Assembly: GCA_963663965.2 (NCBI GenBank)
Contig: CAXXFK010000018.1
Location: forward strand, 78,935-142,934
Source: Sedimentisphaerales bacterium
Lineage (GTDB): Bacteria; Planctomycetota; Phycisphaerae; Sedimentisphaerales; SM23-30
Direction: 5' to 3'
Length of the DNA stretch: 64,000 nucleotides
Below, piece after piece: positions 37,842 to 47,302 of the stretch (positions are counted from its first letter, which is position 1; the number at the start of each line of letters is the position of its first letter). A program made the translations under genes and the position numbers. The notes beneath the pieces are model-generated. The model worked only from the letters and a program-made list of their open reading frames with translations. It did no database searches and was not told the origin of the DNA.

Positions 37842-39005
37842 ATGAACGAGTATCTGACACCTCGTGAACGGGTATTAAAAGCGCTGAATCATCAGGAACC
37901 GGACCGGGTACCCATTGATCTGGGCGGGTTTCAAACCGGAATTCATAAAAAATCTTATGAAGCATTGATACAACATCTGGGCTTGAGTGAAGAGATTATT
38001 ATTATGGATCCGGTTCAACAACTGGCTCAGCCCAGTGAAGCCGTTTTACAACGTTTTCGGGTTGATACTCGCTATGTCTGTGCCAACGGACCGGATGGTT
38101 TTGATGGATCGATTAAACAGCATACGCGTAAAGGCAGGTTATGGCACGACCTGACTGATGAGTTTGGCGTTGTCTGGTCGATGCCGGATGATCAACAATT
38201 GTATATGGATATTAGTCATCATCCTCTCCGGGATGCGTCGATCAGAGATATAAAAGATTATCAATTTCCCAATGGCAGGGATCCCAGCCGGTTCGCAGGA
38301 TTGAGAGAGAAAGTGGCCAAACAGCGTCGCGAAACAAGCTACGCCTTATGTACAGGAATCGGCGGTGTGATCTATGAATATTGCTGGTACATGCGTGGTC
38401 TGGAGCAATGGTTTATCGATATACTGGAGCAGCCGGCGTTTTGTGCGGCATTGCTGGATTGTACCTTGACATACTGGAAGGATTTCTATACCGGCTTTCT
38501 GGGGCAAATTGGCGATCTGGTCGATGTGATTATGATTGGGGATGACCTGGCCGGCCAATCCGGTCCCCTTTTTGCTCCATCTTTTTACCGTGAATTTGTC
38601 AAACCACGTCAGAAAGCGCTGGTTCAGCATATTCGTTTCATGACCGGCGCAAAAATCTGGTATCATACCTGTGGCGGCTGTAAACCGTATATCCCCGATC
38701 TGATTGACAATGGCGTCGATATTCTTAATCCTATTCAAACTAGCGCGGAAGGTATGGATCCCACTCAGTTAAAACGTGAATTTGGTTCAGATATTACGCT
38801 ATGGGGTGGCGGTATCGATTCTCAACATATATTCCCGTTTGCCACCCCAGATGAAGTACGTGAGCACGTTCGCGCCAATCTGGCAATCTTCAAGCCTGAT
38901 GGCGGTTATGTTTTTAACAATATCCATAATATTCAGCCTGGTATTCCAGTGGAGAATATTGTTGCTCTTTATGATGCAGCATATGAATTTGGATTCTATC
39001 AATAG
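37842..39005 (+). CDS. Uroporphyrinogen decarboxylase (URO-D) family protein, MtaA/CmuA-like
   Basis: 387 aa. N-terminal LTPRERVLKALNHQEPDRVPIDLG and C-terminal YHTCGGCKPYIPDLIDNGVDILNPIQ motifs typical of URO-D family enzymes. It is divergent from the AraC gene. Confidence 0.8.
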   Translation: MNEYLTPRERVLKALNHQEPDRVPIDLGGFQTGIHKKSYEALIQHLGLSEEIIIMDPVQQLAQPSEAVLQRFRVDTRYVCANGPDGFDGSIKQHTRKGRLWHDLTDEFGVVWSMPDDQQLYMDISHHPLRDASIRDIKDYQFPNGRDPSRFAGLREKVAKQRRETSYALCTGIGGVIYEYCWYMRGLEQWFIDILEQPAFCAALLDCTLTYWKDFYTGFLGQIGDLVDVIMIGDDLAGQSGPLFAPSFYREFVKPRQKALVQHIRFMTGAKIWYHTCGGCKPYIPDLIDNGVDILNPIQTSAEGMDPTQLKREFGSDITLWGGGIDSQHIFPFATPDEVREHVRANLAIFKPDGGYVFNNIHNIQPGIPVENIVALYDAAYEFGFYQ

Positions 39006-39097
39006 TGCCGAGAGTATTCATTATTTTGTTCCTAAAAGGCAAAATCGATTTAGCATTGGCCTTTATATAACACGAAGTTGTTTGGGGATTTAAGACT

Positions 39098-39889
39098 ATG
39101 AAAAAACGAACAGGTTTTACTCTGATTGAGTTATTGGTAGTTATCTCAATTATTGCCTTACTTGTAGCGATTCTGATGCCGGCGCTGAATAAAGCGCGAG
39201 AGTCCTCCAAGCGCGCCTGGTGTGTCAACAGCGCCCGGAGTCTGACATTGGCCTGGATGATGTACGCTGACGATAATGAAGGCCGGTTGTGTGGTCCACG
39301 CGGGGTGTTGCCCGCGGATACTCCATATGGCTGGGTCATGGGCGTGCTGGACGATGATACCGGACAATTCAGCCAGTATCCGGTGGATCAATCCGAGCAG
39401 TCTCAAATTGAGGCGATCCGGGGAGGGAAACTGTATCGTTATACCAATACGGTCGAAGTTTACCGTTGCCCGGTCGCGAAACCACAGGAGATGCGCACCT
39501 ATAGCTGTAATTTCGTATTGGGGGTTGACAGTGATCAGAATGGCCGCTGCCGTAAGTTAGAAGATATCAAGCATGCGAGTGAACGGATTGTTTTTCTGGA
39601 TGACTATGGCAATAACTGGGACGCGCAATGGGTCGTTTGGTATGATCAACCCCGCTGGTGGAATCCCATTCCGGCCCGCCATGGTCCCGGAACCGTGACT
39701 TCATTCGCCGATGGGCATGCGGATTACTGGCGCTGGACCGATCCGCGTACGATCGAATGGAGCAATTTAACCTGGCTGGAAGCTGAAACGCAAAGAAACT
39801 CCGGCAATACCTTGCAATCCAATAATATGGATTTAATGACGATCCAGCGTGGCATATTTGGTAAACTGGGTTACGTTGTAATCGATTAA
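39098..39889 (+). CDS. Prepilin-type N-terminal cleavage/methylation domain protein with H-X9-DG motif
   Basis: [31 protein letters not shown]-terminus. C-terminal ARHGPGTVTSFADGHAD (H-X9-DG). Confidence 0.85.
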   Translation: MKKRTGFTLIELLVVISIIALLVAILMPALNKARESSKRAWCVNSARSLTLAWMMYADDNEGRLCGPRGVLPADTPYGWVMGVLDDDTGQFSQYPVDQSEQSQIEAIRGGKLYRYTNTVEVYRCPVAKPQEMRTYSCNFVLGVDSDQNGRCRKLEDIKHASERIVFLDDYGNNWDAQWVVWYDQPRWWNPIPARHGPGTVTSFADGHADYWRWTDPRTIEWSNLTWLEAETQRNSGNTLQSNNMDLMTIQRGIFGKLGYVVID

Positions 39890-40161
39890 TTCACCCCCCC
39901 ATGGGGATGAATCCTGAGGATATGATCCGTGTCAACCTGGCGAGGCGGGATCGAGCCAGAGAGAGTTTGCCGGTTGGAATGATCCTGGATTTATATATCA
40001 TACTTTAGGGGATTCAACTGTCTTGAGTGGATTTCCAGGTTCATAATGATGAGATTGGCTGTTTCCGGTCCTGATCACCTTGGCAGGGAGGGTAATAATT
40101 CCGGGAAGCTTTCACAGTAAACACTTGATCTCTGGGGACTGGATATTAAAATGGAATAATT

Positions 40162-40342
40162 TAGAGTGCCTGACGAAATGAATTTACTACTGTGACCGGC
40201 TGCAAAAGTGGTCCGCTACGTTCTTGGGACCCAATATCCTCGACAACTTATAGAAAGGTTGCCTGTGGGGGTATGAACCCTGTTGCATTGCTGATTACTT
40301 TTTTACTCGGTCTTGCTATAAATCATTTTGTCAGGCGCTCTG
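40162..40342. mobile_element. MITE-like repeat, copy B (see 30761-30964)
   Basis: Terminal inverted repeats AGAGTGCCTGACGAAATG / CATTTTGTCAGGCGCTCT. The internal sequence is homologous to copy A. No ORF. Confidence 0.55.
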
Positions 40343-40387
40343 AATGAAGGAAATATTGCCAATTAATTTTATCCTGGAGTTATTACC

Positions 40388-41014
40388 TTGGAAAGTTCAT
40401 TTGATGCAAAGGCTAAAGAGTGGGATAGCGACCCTCAGAAAGTTGAACTGGCTAGAAAATTCACAGATTGTCTTTTGAAGACCATAGACTGGAGGAGTTC
40501 ATTTAAAGTTCTGGAATTTGGTTGCGGTACCGCCCTGGTTAGCATGAACCTGGTTGATCGAACCGATCGTATCTATTTGTCTGATACTTCAAATGGTATG
40601 CTTGAGGTTGCCAGGGCCAAGATTGACCGTTGTGGGATAAAAAATGTGATACTCTGCCCCGGCGAATTAAATGAAAATGCTAATACACTTCCCCCTTTGG
40701 ATGTGGTTTATTCCCTCATGGCATTTCATCATATCCGGGATATCGATCGTTTGGTCGCAGTGATTGCCCGGTTGCTTAAACCGGGCGGGATGTTATGTAT
40801 TGGCGATCTTGAAGCGGAAGATGGCAGTTTTCATCAAGGAGATTTTGACGGGCATCACGGTTTTGATTTGATCGCTCTGGAGCAAACACTGGAACAGGCA
40901 GGATTGAATGTCTGTCAAGTCACTCGTTTTCATCAAATCAGCAAGCCCGATAAGGAGGGTGAGTTTAAAGACTATCCCTTGTTTTTTATGGGGGTAAGGA
41001 AGATGCTCGCTTAA
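40388..41014 (+). CDS. Class I SAM-dependent methyltransferase
   Basis: TTG start with GGAG 8 nt upstream. Motif I VLEFGCGTALVS; post-I and motif II/III spacing (LKPGGMLCIGD). Confidence 0.8.
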   Translation: MESSFDAKAKEWDSDPQKVELARKFTDCLLKTIDWRSSFKVLEFGCGTALVSMNLVDRTDRIYLSDTSNGMLEVARAKIDRCGIKNVILCPGELNENANTLPPLDVVYSLMAFHHIRDIDRLVAVIARLLKPGGMLCIGDLEAEDGSFHQGDFDGHHGFDLIALEQTLEQAGLNVCQVTRFHQISKPDKEGEFKDYPLFFMGVRKMLA

Positions 41015-41244
41015 AGCATTATAAATCGCACTATATAATTAAGTCGAAATTGTTGGCATATTTTTTGTTTGTAGACTTTGGCTTACTGATTTTAGGATAT
41101 AAAAGGCCGGGTATTTATTTCAAGCCCCCAGGGATAAGATTCGATCTCACTATCAGGTAATGTAGCGTTGTGTTCACGTATTATCGGCCGTTGTGGCCGA
41201 ATACGTAATATGACAAATCAACTTATAGACTGGAGAGTAGATCG

Positions 41245-42243
41245 ATGAAAAAATGGACAGGTTATATCGTTATGGCTTTTATTTTCCTGGTATCAGTATC
41301 AGGTTGGTCTAAAGATTATAAAGTTGGAGTCGCATGGTATGGGAAATCAGGCATGGCCGATACCGTTGCCAAAGGCCTGGAGGAATCGATTAAAGCTTCC
41401 ATACCCGGAGTCCAGTTAGAATGTCACCCGTCGCTCAAGGATGCCGAAGAATTGGATGGTGTCGTCAAACAATTTCAGCAGGACAAGGATGCCATGGTTA
41501 TATTGCGTTCAAACGGAGCTCAATATCTGATTGAAAATCCCCCCACCATACCGACATTTATCGGGGCTTGTAATAATCCGGTTGATCTTGGGGTTATCAA
41601 AAATCTCAAGTCACCCGAAGGGAATATCACCGGGGTGACATATTCCTTATCGGTTGAAACGCAGTTTGAAACATTTCGGGCGATTGTCCCTAAAATCAAG
41701 TCCATGGTTCTGCTGTTGGAAGAGGGACATCCCAGTTCGGCAATTGATCAGGCCGGTACCAAAGAATTATGTAAAAAGCTCAAAATTGAGTATCAAGAAA
41801 AGTTCTGCAAGGTCTATAAAAACAAAGAAGGCAAAGTGGATGATGAAACAAGACAGAAGACCTTTCAGGAAGTGACTGCCGCAGTTGAAGAATTTAAAGG
41901 CAAAGTATCCATCATTGTGCTGGGTAATCAGGCATTATTTATCGATAATGCCAAAGTGGTCATGGACGCCGCCGGGAAAACCCCGGTTCTGGCCTATTCC
42001 GCCAAGTCGGTAAAAGACGGCGCATTATGCGGCTTGTCCGCTGACGATCTTAAATTAGGACGGATGCTGGGGGATTCTATTGCTGAGGTGCTGGTCAAAG
42101 GGAAAGCCATTAAGGAGGTCCCGGTTAAAGTTGATCTCAAACCCCAGTTGTATATTAACGTAAAAACGGCGGAGGCGCTCAAACTGGAAATTCCTTATGA
42201 AATTCTCAGTGTGGCAAAATGTGAAGGCGTTGAAAAAATGTAA
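41245..42243 (+). CDS. Periplasmic substrate-binding protein (ABC_sub_bind / BMP-like)
   Basis: Signal peptide MKKWTGYIVMAFIFLVSVSG. Type I periplasmic binding fold-like alternation. It lies 66 nt upstream of a chemoreceptor gene. Confidence 0.65.
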   Translation: MKKWTGYIVMAFIFLVSVSGWSKDYKVGVAWYGKSGMADTVAKGLEESIKASIPGVQLECHPSLKDAEELDGVVKQFQQDKDAMVILRSNGAQYLIENPPTIPTFIGACNNPVDLGVIKNLKSPEGNITGVTYSLSVETQFETFRAIVPKIKSMVLLLEEGHPSSAIDQAGTKELCKKLKIEYQEKFCKVYKNKEGKVDDETRQKTFQEVTAAVEEFKGKVSIIVLGNQALFIDNAKVVMDAAGKTPVLAYSAKSVKDGALCGLSADDLKLGRMLGDSIAEVLVKGKAIKEVPVKVDLKPQLYINVKTAEALKLEIPYEILSVAKCEGVEKM

Positions 42244-42309
42244 CTTGATTCGTCAGTCATGATCTACCAGGTAAAATCTTTTACCCGACAATTAAGGATT
42301 ATCAGTTTT

Positions 42310-44268
42310 ATGAAGTTAAAAATAAGAGAGAAGTTTTTATTGCCTTGCATCGTTTTGTTGATAACCTGCCTGTCCATTACCGGTTATATCACCTATAAAA
42401 CATCCAGGTCTTCCATGGAGCATGCCGTTCAAAACCAGGCGCAACTGCAAGCCTCCTTTGGCAAGCGATCGATAGCCGCCTGGATCGATAATCGACGAGT
42501 GGATCTGGAAAACATGAGCCGTCAGAAGATTTATCATAATGCCATCAGTGATGATTTTATGGGCAAGGCAGCACGCAAAGCGCTCAATGTCGAATTGGCG
42601 GAAATCATCAAAGAATATGGCTGGTATGAGAATATCATTCTGGTTGATGTTAACGGGAATATTATCTCCAGTGGCGATGAGACGGTGATCGGTAAGATTA
42701 ATGTTGCCAGTCGAAACTATTTTCTGGCATCAATAAAGGGCGAATACTATATGTCGCCGGTTATGATCAGCAAGGCCTCCGGATTACCCGTTTTTGCCAT
42801 GTCCACCCCCATTAAGGAAGATGATGCCATAGTTGGTGTTCTCAGTATGATTGTCAGTATGGAATATATTCAACAACTCTATATTGATCCGATTAAGATC
42901 GGCGAACATGGTTATGCCTATATAACCGATTCTGAAGGGCTTTTGCTGGCCCATCCCAAGAGGGAGTATATCCTGGAAAAGAACCTGGGTGAAAACGACT
43001 GGTTTGGACAAATGGCGCAACAGGAGAATGGCGTTATCCGCTACACTTTTGAAAGAGTCGGCAAATTTGCCGCCTTTGAGAGCGATCCAGAGCGCGGTTG
43101 GATTTTTGCCGTTACAGCCAATACCGATGAGATTTATGCACCGATCACAAAAATTGGTCAAACGGCCTTTACTTCCGGCATTGCAACGATTGCATTAATC
43201 ATAACAGCCATCATCCTGGTCACACAAATGGTTGTAATTCGGCCGCTAAAAACCGTTGGTTCGCGTCTTCGTGATATTGCCGAAGGCGAAGGTGACCTGA
43301 CGATGCGTCTGGATGAAAGCCGTAAGGATGAAGTGGCGGATCTGGCCCATTGGTTTAATGTTTTTGTCGGCAAACTACAGGATGATATCCGCCAGATGGG
43401 GATCCAGGCCGACCGGATGAATCAAGCGTCCAGGCGCCTGGGTCAGAATGCCCAGCAGTTAACCGCCGCTTCCGACGCCATGGGCCAGCAATCTAACAGC
43501 GCTTCCCAGGCTGTCGATCAAATGAATGAGACGATGAATTCCGTGGTAAGCCGTAGTGAAGATATGGCCGCGCGGATCAATTCCGTGGCCACTGCGGTTG
43601 AGGAAATGTCCGTCAGTATTACTGAGGTTGCCCGCAATACTGAAGAAGCCGCGAAAAAGGCCGGAAATGCTTCAAGTCAAACCCAAGCCAGCAATGAGAA
43701 GATTGGACAGCTTAATCTGGCTGCGGAAGAAATCGGCAAAGTCATTGAAGTGATTCAGGATATCGCCGAGCAAACTAACTTGCTGGCTTTAAATGCTACT
43801 ATCGAAGCGGCGCGTGCCGGAGATGCCGGTAAAGGATTTGCGGTGGTCGCTACTGAGGTCAAAGAGCTGGCGCGTCAGACCGCTGAAGCGACCAGTAACA
43901 TTGCCCAGCGTATTACGGCTATCCAGCAGACAACCGGTGAAACGGTCGAAGCAATCAGCGGGATAGGGCAGTCCATTGTACAAGTCAATGATGTTTCGCA
44001 GTCTATCGCATCCTCGGTTGAGGAACAGAGCATTACTACGCGTGAAATCGCTCAGAATGTTTCCCAGACGGCAGATGCTTCCCGAAATGTCACCGCCAGT
44101 ATCAATCAGACGGCTGAAACTTCAAGACAACTTCACGATAATATCGCATCGGTTGATCATGCAGCCAAAGAGCTGGTTCAGATTGCGGTTGATACTGAAA
44201 CAGCAGGTCAGGAACTCGACAGTCTGGCCAGCAATCTGGCGCAGTGGGTCAGTAGATTTAAGGTATGA
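42310..44268 (+). CDS. Methyl-accepting chemotaxis protein (dCache-type sensor, HAMP, MA domain)
   Basis: ORF 42259..44268; [17 protein letters not shown] at 42310. Same architecture as 12769..14727, and the signalling hairpin is nearly identical at protein level ([35 protein letters not shown]). Confidence 0.9.
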   Translation: MKLKIREKFLLPCIVLLITCLSITGYITYKTSRSSMEHAVQNQAQLQASFGKRSIAAWIDNRRVDLENMSRQKIYHNAISDDFMGKAARKALNVELAEIIKEYGWYENIILVDVNGNIISSGDETVIGKINVASRNYFLASIKGEYYMSPVMISKASGLPVFAMSTPIKEDDAIVGVLSMIVSMEYIQQLYIDPIKIGEHGYAYITDSEGLLLAHPKREYILEKNLGENDWFGQMAQQENGVIRYTFERVGKFAAFESDPERGWIFAVTANTDEIYAPITKIGQTAFTSGIATIALIITAIILVTQMVVIRPLKTVGSRLRDIAEGEGDLTMRLDESRKDEVADLAHWFNVFVGKLQDDIRQMGIQADRMNQASRRLGQNAQQLTAASDAMGQQSNSASQAVDQMNETMNSVVSRSEDMAARINSVATAVEEMSVSITEVARNTEEAAKKAGNASSQTQASNEKIGQLNLAAEEIGKVIEVIQDIAEQTNLLALNATIEAARAGDAGKGFAVVATEVKELARQTAEATSNIAQRITAIQQTTGETVEAISGIGQSIVQVNDVSQSIASSVEEQSITTREIAQNVSQTADASRNVTASINQTAETSRQLHDNIASVDHAAKELVQIAVDTETAGQELDSLASNLAQWVSRFKV

Positions 44269-44291
44269 CCTTCAAGGCAATGCACATCATC

Positions 44292-44323
44292 AGGCTCGTG
44301 TCGTATTGACGCGGGCCTTTTTT
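44292..44323 (+). terminator. Rho-independent terminator of the chemoreceptor gene (group II intron target)
   Basis: 9-bp stem AGGCTCGTG / CGCGGGCCT (two G-U pairs), 9-nt loop, followed by T6 ending exactly at the intron 5' GTGCG. Confidence 0.7.
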
Positions 44324-46215
44324 GTGCGCCGGGCATGATATCATGCTCATGGGGTTAAAGTCCCCTGCGGGCCGTGATGAGCGGAACCGCGAGCCGAAGG
44401 CAACTGCGGTGCAGTGATGCATCGTGGGAAGGAAGCCTCAGGTCAAAGTTGGACTCGACGGACAGGAACCGGATAGCAGGCCGGTGTCGTCTGGGTAAGG
44501 GAGCAATGGATTCCGATGCCCGATACTCATTCGGAGACGACAACGGTAAATTCGGCGAGGCCCAACGGGAAGCATGATATCTTACCCCGGGAGATCTGCA
44601 AGGCAGTCCTGTTGGACACTGTGCTATCAAGACTATAACGCTCAAGATGGCACGGATTCTTGCAGAAGTCAGCAGAGGTCATAGTAGGGGGCTTCCTTTA
44701 AGCTCCCAAAGGACCGAATTTTATGGACAGGCTCGTTGCGAGCGAGACACTCGATGGCCAACCAGGCACCGACAACTCAAGGCGATTTGAACCCCGGCCG
44801 GGGCGGCGAGAGCGGTACTCAAGCTGTCCGGCCCGAGGCGTGTAGTTGCGCTGCGGCGATCTCGACACCCCAACCCCTGACCGACCATCTGATGGAACAG
44901 ATTGTTGCCAAAGACAATCTGCGCCAGGCTTATCGGCGCGTCGTGGCCAATAAAGGAGCGGCCGGTATCGACGGTATGACCGTTGAAGACCTGTACGCAT
45001 GGTGCCGCGCGCATATCAGCGAACTGATCGAACACCTGTTGACCGGCCGGTATCGTCCGGCACCGGTGCGCGGAGTTACTATTCCCAAGCCCGGCGGCGG
45101 TCGGCGGCAACTGGGCATTCCCACCGCCGTGGACCGGATGGTACAACAGGCGATCCTACAAGTCCTGACTCCCATTTTTGAGCGAGAATTCAGTAACGCC
45201 AGTTATGGGTTTCGGCCCGGCCGAAGCGCTCATCAGGCCATTGGCAAGGCGAGCGAGTATGTCCGGAACGGCTACAACGTTGTAGTCGATATGGACTTGG
45301 AGAAGTTCTTTGACCGGGTCAATCACGATATGCTGATGGCCCGAGTGGCCCGCTCTGTCAAAGACAAGCGGCTGCTGAAACTGCTGCGAGCCTTCTTAAA
45401 TGCGGGCTTAATGCAGGATGGCGTGGTGCAACCGCGCGAAGAGGGCACTCCGCAAGGCGGCCCCCTGAGCCCATTGCTGGCGAATGTGTTATTGACAGAC
45501 TTCGACCGGGAGATGGAAAAGCGCGGCCACCGATTTGTGCGTTATGCGGATGACTGCAATATCTATGTGCAGTCGATTCGGGCCGGCGAACGGGTGCTGG
45601 ACAGTGTGACTCGTTTCCTGCAAGTCCAGCTGAAACTCAAAGTGAATCGGGAGAAATCGGCGGTAGGCCATGTGAGTGAGCGCAGCTTTCTCGGCTACCG
45701 CCTGTTTCGACGACGGGAGCCTCGGACTGTCCCAAAAGAGTGTCTCCCGTTTTAAGGACAAGATTCGCGAGTTGACCCGGCGCAACAAGCCGGGGCGATA
45801 CGCGGCGATTATTACGCGCGTAAACCGTACGCTGACCGGATGGCTCAATTATTACCGATATATCCGCAGCGATGCGACACTGAAGAAGCTGGACGGCTGG
45901 ATTCGCCGCAAGTTGCGAGCCATCAAACTCAAACAACTCAAGCGGAACTATACGACTGCCAAGTTCTTTATTCGCCACGATGTCGCCGAATACCAAGCCT
46001 GGCTCGGCGCATTGAGCGGTGTGGGGTACTGGCGGAAAAGCGCCATGCCTGAATCGCACCAAGCCATGAATTTGCAATGGTTTAAAGAACAAGGATTGAT
46101 CAGCCTGTCTCGCAGATGGCGGGATTTAAAAGAAATTCCATAGGAAACCGCCCGGTGCCGAGCAGGCACGCCGGGTGGTGTGAGAGGTTGGGGCTGCAAA
46201 GCCCCCGCCTACTCG
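44324..46215 (+). mobile_element. Group II intron, bacterial class C (IIC)-like
   Basis: It starts with GTGCG at 44324. About 570 nt of structured non-coding RNA precede an RT/maturase ORF. After the ORF comes a domain V-like hairpin CCGCCCGGTGCC-GAGCA-GGCACGCCGGGTGG (46148-46178) with a CGC triad and a 2-nt 3' bulge. A domain VI-like GGGGCT-GCAA-AGCCCC hairpin follows. The 3' end is approximate (plus or minus 10 nt). Confidence 0.8.
44892..46143 (+). pseudogene. Group II intron-encoded reverse transcriptase/maturase, interrupted by a frameshift
   Basis: RT motifs are present (GAAGIDGMTVEDL, IPKPGGGRRQLGIPTAVDRMVQQA, SYGFRPGRSAH, VVDMDLEKFFD, PQGGPLSPLLAN, FVRYADDCNIYV), followed by the X/thumb region (RVNRTLTGWLNYYRY). 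The frame changes near 45708 between ...FLGYRLF and DDGSLGLSQKSVSRFKDKIRELT. No HNH/En domain. Confidence 0.8.
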
Positions 46216-46270
46216 ATATGTAATAAACAGGATGGTTATCTTATGCCGGCAGTATTAGCTGGCCATAGGA

Positions 46271-47185
46271 TTATTCCTGCTTAATTGATTGAGAGGTCAT
46301 TCGAAAATCCCTCGGGGTCATCCCTGTCCGATTTTTAAAAACCCGGTGAAAATAGTAACTGTTTTCATATCCCACTCTCGTTGCCACTTCATTACAGCGC
46401 AAAGACGTGGTTCGTAACAGGGTGCGGGCGGCTTCAATGCGTAATTGCTGTTGATATTCCAAAGGGGTCATTTGATATTCCCGCTTGAAGATGCGAAACA
46501 AGTACCCTCGTGAAATACCACAATTGTCTGCCAGTCGGTCGATATCCAGAGGCAGGTGAAAGTTCTGGCGGATTGCTTCGCGAGCCTTGATCAAGGCGTC
46601 ATGTTCGGTTGGAGTGGCTGTTTCGACATTTCCGATTGTAATCAGCAGTTCAAATACGGTCATCAAAGCCCGTTGTTCATAAAAATGGGATAGCGGACTG
46701 GCCTGATCGGCAAAATCGACGATTTCAATTAATACAGACTTAAGTTGACGGGTTTGCTGGGCATTGAGTTGAACAGGGCCTGCCAGATTGGTGTTGATTC
46801 CAAATAATTCCAAAATCAATTGCTCAATCGCCAGATCCAGAAAAATGCCTTGATCAGTCTCGTAGGTGAAAGTGACTTCTGAATAAATGGTATCAGCCCG
46901 GTCAGTAACAAAATCATGTGATTGGCCGGGTGATATGATTGCCAGCGATCCTGGTCCGGCCTGGAATTTCTTGCCATTTACCCGATAGCCGCCCTGATTT
47001 GCAGTGTATAATACCAGATGATAAACTGGATGGGCGTGTTCCCGAAAGGTTTTCTGGTCACCATAAGGCCGGTTTTGATCGATAGTTGCATGATGCAGAC
47101 AGGGATAATATTTGCCCTGAGGCAGATGTAAAGCCAGCCATTGGGCCTGTACTGGACGTCCGGAAGTACGGATATAACTTCGCAT
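46271..47185 (-). CDS. AraC family transcriptional regulator
   Basis: Cupin-like N-terminus. C-terminal HTH pair (IDRLADNCGISRGYLFRIFKREYQMTPLEYQQQLRIEAARTLL...CNEVATRVGYENSYYFHRVFKNRTGMTP). Confidence 0.9.
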   Translation of the reverse strand: MRSYIRTSGRPVQAQWLALHLPQGKYYPCLHHATIDQNRPYGDQKTFREHAHPVYHLVLYTANQGGYRVNGKKFQAGPGSLAIISPGQSHDFVTDRADTIYSEVTFTYETDQGIFLDLAIEQLILELFGINTNLAGPVQLNAQQTRQLKSVLIEIVDFADQASPLSHFYEQRALMTVFELLITIGNVETATPTEHDALIKAREAIRQNFHLPLDIDRLADNCGISRGYLFRIFKREYQMTPLEYQQQLRIEAARTLLRTTSLRCNEVATRVGYENSYYFHRVFKNRTGMTPRDFRMTSQSIKQE

Positions 47186-47302
47186 AAGTCACTATTGTAT
47201 AATAAAAGGTGATGATTATGTATTTGATTTAATGGCCAGATGATTATAATACATATAATAAATTGATTCAAGTCTCGTTTTACTTATAAGTATCGTGAAG
47301 CA

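Noticed and set aside
44355-44645. Short ORFs on both strands at the 5' part of the intron (44355..44645 minus, 44374..44577 plus, 44698..45146 minus)
   Set aside because: They lie in intron RNA domains I-III or antisense to the RT gene. There are no motifs. The region is better explained as structured RNA.
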